The notes under the pieces are model-generated. The model was not told where the DNA came from, did not search any database, and worked only from the letters and a program-made list of their open reading frames with translations. From the NCBI RefSeq assembly GCF_036446775.1, contig NZ_JAZFTO010000305.1:1-44451 (forward strand): DNA of 44,451 bases, read 5' to 3'. The DNA is from Candidatus Desulfatibia sp. GTDB taxonomy: Bacteria; Desulfobacterota; Desulfobacteria; Desulfobacterales; UBA11574. Position numbers and translations under genes: made by a program. This document shows positions 38,967-44,451 of this stretch, in pieces (position 1 is the stretch's first letter; each line of letters begins with the position of its first letter).

Positions 38967-39974
38967 ATGAACAAACAAAGGCTGTTAATCATCCACCATG
39001 GTGCCCTCGGCGACGTCATAACTACTTTCCCGGCCCTTCTCCGACTGAGGCGGTCGTTCGGCAGCATTGACGCCCTTTTGCGAGACGAGCTTGGAAAACT
39101 TGCCGCTGAACTAAAGGTTGTCGACCGCTGGTTTGCTCTGGAGACAGCCGCCTTTGCTTCCCTTTATGCCGGATCGGTTGATCCGGCGGTAAAAAGCCTG
39201 CTGTGTGCCTATGGCAGCATCGTCCTTTTTTCATTTTCCCGTAAGCTTCAAGAGACTATCAACAAAATTACAGGAAAAAAGATTCATCTTATTCCGCCTA
39301 GGCCGGATGTTGATCAAAACATCCATGTCACCAGCCATATTGCGGCCAACCTGGCCAAACGCGGTATGATCGATGATACCGATAATGATCTCGATTCGTT
39401 ATTTTTTTCTAAGGTATTCAGCGGTAGGAGGGACAGAGGATACGATCCGGTTAAGGTCTTGATCCATCCCGGATCCGGAAGCAGAAAAAAAAACTGGGAG
39501 GCTGCAAATTTTATTGAAACCGCCACAATATTAATTTCAAACGGCTATACACCGGAATTTATATTAGGTCCTGCCGAACATTTTATGGCAGAATCTTTGC
39601 AAGCACAAGGTGATGATAAAATAAAAATTCGTATTTTTGATGATCTGTTGGAACTTACATTGTTGTTGAAAAAAGCGGGCGGGTTTATCGGCAACGATTC
39701 CGGCATCAGTCATCTTGCCGCATTTCTGGGTCTTCCCACGATCGCAGTTTTTGGGCCATCCGATCCTCAAAGATGGAAACCTGTAGGCCGATTCGTAAAG
39801 ACGGTAAGACCCGGCCTCGACTGCCGCCCGTGTTTTGAAAAAGGCGGCGTGAACTGCGAAACAACAGAATGCCTGCACAGCACAACACCCGCAATGGTTA
39901 TAGACGCGTTTTACAGGATGGCAGGTAAAGAGGGTAACCCTTCAATCAAATCCAAATGCTTTTTTTTACAATAA
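38967..39974 (+). CDS. Glycosyltransferase family 9 (heptosyltransferase-like)
   Basis: GALGD, IHPGSG...KNW, FIGNDSGISHLAA, AVFGPS..W.P. Confidence 0.93.
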   Translation: MNKQRLLIIHHGALGDVITTFPALLRLRRSFGSIDALLRDELGKLAAELKVVDRWFALETAAFASLYAGSVDPAVKSLLCAYGSIVLFSFSRKLQETINKITGKKIHLIPPRPDVDQNIHVTSHIAANLAKRGMIDDTDNDLDSLFFSKVFSGRRDRGYDPVKVLIHPGSGSRKKNWEAANFIETATILISNGYTPEFILGPAEHFMAESLQAQGDDKIKIRIFDDLLELTLLLKKAGGFIGNDSGISHLAAFLGLPTIAVFGPSDPQRWKPVGRFVKTVRPGLDCRPCFEKGGVNCETTECLHSTTPAMVIDAFYRMAGKEGNPSIKSKCFFLQ

Positions 39975-39984
39975 CAATAAAACA

Positions 39985-40058
39985 ATCACGAAAACACGAA
40001 ATAGGGAAAGCACGAAATTTTATTAATATCTTTTTTCGTGGTTTCGTGGTTTCGTGAT
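39985..40058. repeat. Inverted CACGAAA-type array between convergent genes
   Basis: atcacgaaaacacgaaa...cacgaaa / tttcgtggtttcgtggtttcgtgat. Confidence 0.75.
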
Positions 40059-40083
40059 AAATGTTTGGGAGGGGCTGGAAGCA

Positions 40084-41319
40084 CTACTTGACCAATTTTC
40101 CGTTTTCCCAGACTTCTTCCTGTGATTCGCCGCTCACCCAGGTATACACTCCACGGCCGTGTTTCTTGTTGTTTACATAGGACCCTTTCCATTGGTCACC
40201 ATTTTTAAAAAAATAGGTGCCAGGGCCGTGCTTTTTATCTTCCCGCCATTGGCCTGTGAATTTGTTGCCGCTTTTAAAAAAATAAGTCCCTTTCCCGTGC
40301 ATACGGCCGTCTTTCCACTGCCCAACATATTTCTCAGCATCTGCATATATATAGGTTCCCTGGCCGTGCTTTTTATCTTCCCGCCACTCACCGATATATT
40401 TATCGCCGTTTTTAAAATACAGCGTCCCCTGACCGTGCTTTTTACCGTTTTTCACATATCCTTCATACCTGGAATTTATACCTTGCATGACTTTGTATTG
40501 CAGATCTTTAAGCTTCTCTCTTAAAGGCATTTCAGTTTTCAGGGCGTCAGACACTGTATTTTTTTCGGATGGCATTTCTTTGTTGGGGGGGGCGGCAGCA
40601 ACAGCAGTCAGCGGCGCGGCCGGCGGTTTCTTTTGAGCCTGCACAACTTCTTGCGCGCCTAACAATGCAACCGGCGGTCTCTTTTGGACGGGCATAACAT
40701 CGTCCGGGCCGGACGGCAGGGTTGCTTTTGAACTTGCCAGCTGTTTGCCGGTGGTCATATCAATTAATTTGGCGTGTATCTCGACAAGTTCAGCAGCTGT
40801 GGCCGTAGTGCCGGTAACAAGAAAACCCTTGCCGAAATTCTCCACAAGCTTTTGTTCCCGCGGGCCTTGTTTGTAAAAAATTTCATCTGCATTGGAAGAC
40901 GCCTCTATTTCAAAAGGTTTTATGCTTCTCCAATTCAGTATCACGACGTTGCTTTTGCCAAAATATCTGTCACGGATATTTATAAAAAAGCTGTCCGTTA
41001 CTTCTTCACTGCGCTTGCTCGGTTGTTTCGAGTTCACATCGAAAAACGAACGGACCACAATAAAATATTCATTACCACTCTCAAGGCCGACTATCTGCTG
41101 TTCAAAATCTTTAACAATGCGCGCGACCTTTTGGCCTAAATCGTCGGCTTTAGCGCCAACAGGGTAGAAAAAAACGACGGCTGTCAAAAAAAGAATATAG
41201 ATCCCCAACCGGGTCAAACGCAATGGGGTGGTTGCGTGTTCAGCCGTCGCAGCTAAAGCAGCTATGGCGAAGTCGGCTTGCGCGTTACGAGTTGCGCATT
41301 TTAAATGATGTATAACCAT
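40084..41319 (-). CDS. Exported MORN-repeat protein
   Basis: About five YxGxWxxxKxHGxG repeats at the C-terminus; hydrophobic signal ending AKA; start uncertain. Confidence 0.88.
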   Translation of the reverse strand: MVIHHLKCATRNAQADFAIAALAATAEHATTPLRLTRLGIYILFLTAVVFFYPVGAKADDLGQKVARIVKDFEQQIVGLESGNEYFIVVRSFFDVNSKQPSKRSEEVTDSFFINIRDRYFGKSNVVILNWRSIKPFEIEASSNADEIFYKQGPREQKLVENFGKGFLVTGTTATAAELVEIHAKLIDMTTGKQLASSKATLPSGPDDVMPVQKRPPVALLGAQEVVQAQKKPPAAPLTAVAAAPPNKEMPSEKNTVSDALKTEMPLREKLKDLQYKVMQGINSRYEGYVKNGKKHGQGTLYFKNGDKYIGEWREDKKHGQGTYIYADAEKYVGQWKDGRMHGKGTYFFKSGNKFTGQWREDKKHGPGTYFFKNGDQWKGSYVNNKKHGRGVYTWVSGESQEEVWENGKLVK

Positions 41320-41560
41320 ATGTATATTTCATCCTATAAAAATGTAAATTATTTTGAAATTGTCTCTATCTGTTTATATCTTCAACTTTTCCTATATAAC
41401 GGTCAGCGGCCGATTCCACTGTTTTTACTAACAAAGCTTTATCATTTTCCAACTTTTCTTTTTCTCCGGCGCTCAGTTTCAAGGCTTCCACATACCCATT
41501 CATAAAAGCAACCCTGATGAGCTTGTAATCTCTTATGTTGTATAAAATCGCGGAGCGATT

Positions 41561-42346
41561 TTATAGTTTTACCGGCTCAAGATGTACATTTCTTTTGAGT
41601 GTGATCTGGGCTGTCTTTTCAAACTGATCGGTTATATCTGATACAAAGAGCCTCAACTTGCCGTTTCTGCTTAACAGATTATCGACTTCAATATGTCCTG
41701 CCAAAAAATCTTTAATTTTAGCGCCAACGGCAATGGAAGAGTCTATGACGGATACCTTTTTACCGATTTTTCTTTGGATTGATTTTTTTAAAAGGGGATA
41801 GTGGGTGCAACCCAAAATAAGTGTGTCTATCTGCCGGACTTTTAGAGGATGCAGATATTTTTTGATAATCATCACGGTTTCGGGCTTCTGCATCCATCCT
41901 TCTTCCACTAGTGGTACAAGCAGAGGACAGGCCGCAGAATAGACCTTGGCATCCGGGTTGATTGCCTTGATCTTTTTCTCATAAATCCCGCTTGTTATCG
42001 TGGCCCTTGTTCCGATAACTCCAATTTTAAGTCCTCTTGAAGTCTGCAGCGACACCTCCACCGCCGGTGTAATAACTTCAAATATAGGGGCATCAAATTC
42101 TGCCGATACCCTTTCGGCAGCCACGCTTGAAGCGGTGTTGCATGCCATCACTATTATTTTGGCACCCTGATTCATTAAAAAATCAGTGTTTTCCAGTGCA
42201 TATCTAATGACGGTCTCGGGGCTCTTGCTGCCATACGGTGTACGGGCAGTATCTCCAAAGTAGATAATGTCGTAGCCGGAAAGCTGGTCCATTAAGGACC
42301 TCACGACTGTAAGTCCGCCGATTCCTGAGTCAAATATCCCAATCAT
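41561..42346 (-). CDS. murI: Glutamate racemase
   Basis: IGIFDSGIGGLTV, PYG, ACNTAS, LGCTHYP; start ATG 42346. Confidence 0.97.
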   Translation of the reverse strand: MIGIFDSGIGGLTVVRSLMDQLSGYDIIYFGDTARTPYGSKSPETVIRYALENTDFLMNQGAKIIVMACNTASSVAAERVSAEFDAPIFEVITPAVEVSLQTSRGLKIGVIGTRATITSGIYEKKIKAINPDAKVYSAACPLLVPLVEEGWMQKPETVMIIKKYLHPLKVRQIDTLILGCTHYPLLKKSIQRKIGKKVSVIDSSIAVGAKIKDFLAGHIEVDNLLSRNGKLRLFVSDITDQFEKTAQITLKRNVHLEPVKL

Positions 42347-42421
42347 GGTGGCAAAGAATCCAGGCCCGTACATGTGGTTGTTATCTTCCACCTATATAGG
42401 GGCCTTCTTGATAGTCTTGGC

Positions 42422-42484
42422 TGGAATGATGGAGTAGCGGAGTATTGGAAAAAAAATGTCCGGCTATCCATTACTCCAATATTC
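42422..42484. repeat. Inverted TGGAGTA-type octamer array
   Basis: tggaatgatggagtagcggagtattgg...ccattactccaatattc. Confidence 0.65.
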
Positions 42485-42558
42485 ACCGCAACTAGACGTT
42501 ATTGGTTAGTGTGCTAATAGTATACAGTGTGGAACAGGGGAAAAAAATCAATAGAATT

Positions 42559-42951
42559 CTATAACCGGAAGTTTGCAACTGCTTGGCCCACACATTCTTT
42601 TATTACACTGTCAGGCACATCCGTATGAATGCCCGGGCATGACGCCGCCATGATCTGCCAGTTGCCGACGTCAACCAAAACGCTCTCAATAAAAGGCCAT
42701 GCCCTGCACATGCGGGGCTTAGCCGGATGAATCGCGCAAAGCCCGTTCCAGAAAATACAATAAACATCATTGCCCTGGGCCAGAACAGGCTTACCACCGG
42801 ATATCCGGCAGTAATCCTTAACAAAACACTTGGGATCCGCACCCAAATAATCGGCGATGCTTATAATTTCCTCCTCGGTTACAAAAGTCCCCCCATATCC
42901 TTTACAGCAATCACCGCATTGTTCGCATTTAAAAATATCTACAGGTTTCAC
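42559..42951 (-). CDS. YkgJ/CxxCxxCC cysteine-cluster protein
   Basis: FKCEQCGDCC, CIFW..LCAIH..KP.MCRAWPF, CPG; start uncertain (GTG 42951). Confidence 0.88.
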   Translation of the reverse strand: MKPVDIFKCEQCGDCCKGYGGTFVTEEEIISIADYLGADPKCFVKDYCRISGGKPVLAQGNDVYCIFWNGLCAIHPAKPRMCRAWPFIESVLVDVGNWQIMAASCPGIHTDVPDSVIKECVGQAVANFRL

Positions 42952-42972
42952 GGTCTTTAGTAAGTAAAGAAT

Positions 42973-43406
42973 CCTGGCTCTCCGAGGCGTAGGCTCTACG
43001 AGCCGGAGGCCCAGAGGACCAGGCTTTAGTTTGCCCCCACAGGGGTGCACCTATCTCAAATGGAGTAAATTAAATTCCAAATAACAAATATCAAATATCA
43101 AACAAATAACAATGACCAAAAGGGGAAATCCCAAATAACAAAATACAAATAACAAATAAATTCCAATGACTGAAAAAACAAATACCAAACAAAAGAATAA
43201 AAAAAATAGTTTTAGCCCTTGTTTGGAATTTGAGACTTGGAATTTGTGATTTATTTGAAATTTGGTGCTTGTGATTTGTTATTTATTTAATGTTTGGTGC
43301 TTGTATTTTGTGATTTTAGACACAAAACTGCCAAGGCAGAGCCGGGTATCTCTGACCTGGCTCTCCGAGGCGTAGGCTCTACGAGCCGGAGGCCCAGAGG
43401 ACCAGG
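42973..43406. repeat. Composite repeat: two identical 51-bp direct repeats flanking an AT-rich inverted heptamer-like array (~43071-43317)
   Basis: cctggctctccgaggcgtaggctctacgagccggaggcccagaggaccagg at 42973-43023 and 43356-43406; CAAATAA-like arm then TTTGTGA/TTTGGAA-like arm. Confidence 0.88.
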
Positions 43407-43453
43407 TTTTTCAGGACATAATAAATGTGCGCATCAGGCCTGTTAGCTTCGGT

Positions 43454-44451
43454 TCAGTACAGCTCGTATTTAACCAGTCTGCCGTCAAGCCCACCTGCCA
43501 TGATCGGTTTTTTCCATGATGCTTTCAGGCCTATTTTTTTTATATACCCCCGTTCTCCGAAATAAATATAAGCGGTTGAGCCTTTGCATTTCTGTTTAAG
43601 AAAATCACCGAGATTTTTGTAAAGCGCTTCAAGGTCCTCATCTGCCCCCATTCGAATGCCATAGGGAGGATTTGTTACAATTACCTGCCCTTCAATAGCG
43701 GGTAACTTTCTGAAGTCGGCCCTTTCAACGCTTACATTCTTTCCGTAATGAAGCCCCATTATGTTTGTCCTCGCCGCCTTGACAGCTTTTTTGGACACAT
43801 CACTGCCTGCAATCAGCCCTTTAGACAATTCCCGGATGCTTCCGTCAGCCTCTTTTTTAACCTGCTTCCAGACAGAGCCGTCAAAGTCAGGTAGAAATTC
43901 AAAACCGAATTTATTTCTAAAAATACTCGCAGGAATGTTGCAGTGCCGCATAAGCGCCTCACACAAAAGTGTTCCCGAACCGCACAAAGGATCATATAAA
44001 GCGACAGACCCGTCCCATTCTGTAAATCGAATAATCGCTGCCGCGACAGTTTCCTGCATAGGCGCCGATACGGTCTCTGCTCTGTATCCTCTTCTGTGAA
44101 GTGCACCTCCCGACGTATCTAAGCTTATCTCGGCCTTGTCATGCCTGATATGAAGGTTTAGCAGGATATCAGGATTCCTTATAGACACATCCGGGCGCTT
44201 ACCGGTTTTTTCCTTGAAATAATCAGCAACAGCATCTTTAAGGCGCAGAGAAGCGAACTTTGAATGCGAAATAGTACTGTCGGAAACATTCCCTGACACA
44301 GCGAATGTAGAGCCTTTGGCAAAAAAATCTTCCCACCTTACCTGTTTTGCCTGCTTGTACAACGTATCGGTATCATGGCAATTGAATGCTATTAACGGCG
44401 CAAGGCACCGTGAAACAAGCCTCGTCAAATAATTAATTCGATACAGGGTTG
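43454..44451 (-). CDS. THUMP-domain SAM-dependent RNA methyltransferase (RlmL/YpsC-like); 5' end outside the window
   Basis: KDAVAD, LDTSGGALHRRGYR, APMQETVAA, DPLCGSGT, VTNPPYG. Confidence 0.93.
   Translation of the reverse strand, partial: TLYRINYLTRLVSRCLAPLIAFNCHDTDTLYKQAKQVRWEDFFAKGSTFAVSGNVSDSTISHSKFASLRLKDAVADYFKEKTGKRPDVSIRNPDILLNLHIRHDKAEISLDTSGGALHRRGYRAETVSAPMQETVAAAIIRFTEWDGSVALYDPLCGSGTLLCEALMRHCNIPASIFRNKFGFEFLPDFDGSVWKQVKKEADGSIRELSKGLIAGSDVSKKAVKAARTNIMGLHYGKNVSVERADFRKLPAIEGQVIVTNPPYGIRMGADEDLEALYKNLGDFLKQKCKGSTAYIYFGERGYIKKIGLKASWKKPIMAGGLDGRLVKYELY

Noticed and set aside
20939-43406. Tandem arrays and 51-bp direct repeats as a CRISPR array
   Set aside because: No regular repeat-spacer periodicity, units are 7-8 nt or only two copies, and no cas genes
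601-44106. Numerous short antisense or overlapping ORFs in the six-frame track
   Set aside because: They are shadows of well-supported genes with no recognisable motifs
1-44451. tRNA, rRNA or riboswitch genes
   Set aside because: None recognised by eye; intergenic hairpins are explained by terminators and repeats. An Infernal/Rfam scan would be needed to exclude them.

Overview
A 44.5 kb bacterial chromosomal segment. Gene content and repeat types suggest a sulfate-reducing deltaproteobacterium of the Desulfobacterales type (inference). (1) 1-8.7 kb: a decayed accessory region. Intact gnd-zwf, dienelactone hydrolase, CDGSH and MarR genes sit among gene fragments apparently joined by deletions: group II intron RT, DUF547, CxxC protein, GH63, DEP + flavoprotein disulfide reductase, IS3 end, adenylate cyclase, membrane/cytochrome c protein. 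(2) 8.9-13.6 kb: signalling genes (GGDEF, an unannotated 49-aa protein behind a sigma28-like promoter, a VWA-TM-FHA-FHA protein). (3) 13.7-25.3 kb, minus strand: tolQR-tolA-like-tolB-pal, cpoB-ruvCAB-DUF62, and a candidate cell-shape operon (bitopic protein, Csd4/Pgp1-like carboxypeptidase, bactofilin). (4) 25.5-33.3 kb: HD protein, sdhCAB, PaaI thioesterase, hybrid kinase. (5) 33.6-40 kb: HTH, mscS, HTH-PTS EIIA, ClC-CBS, USP, GT9. (6) 40-44.5 kb: MORN protein, murI, YkgJ-like protein, THUMP methyltransferase. Intergenic regions carry several families of nested, palindromic, short-period repeats, including a ~312-bp MITE-like element in 2 full copies and 1 partial copy. No rRNA, tRNA or CRISPR array was seen. 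All family calls come from reading motifs by eye, not from database searches.
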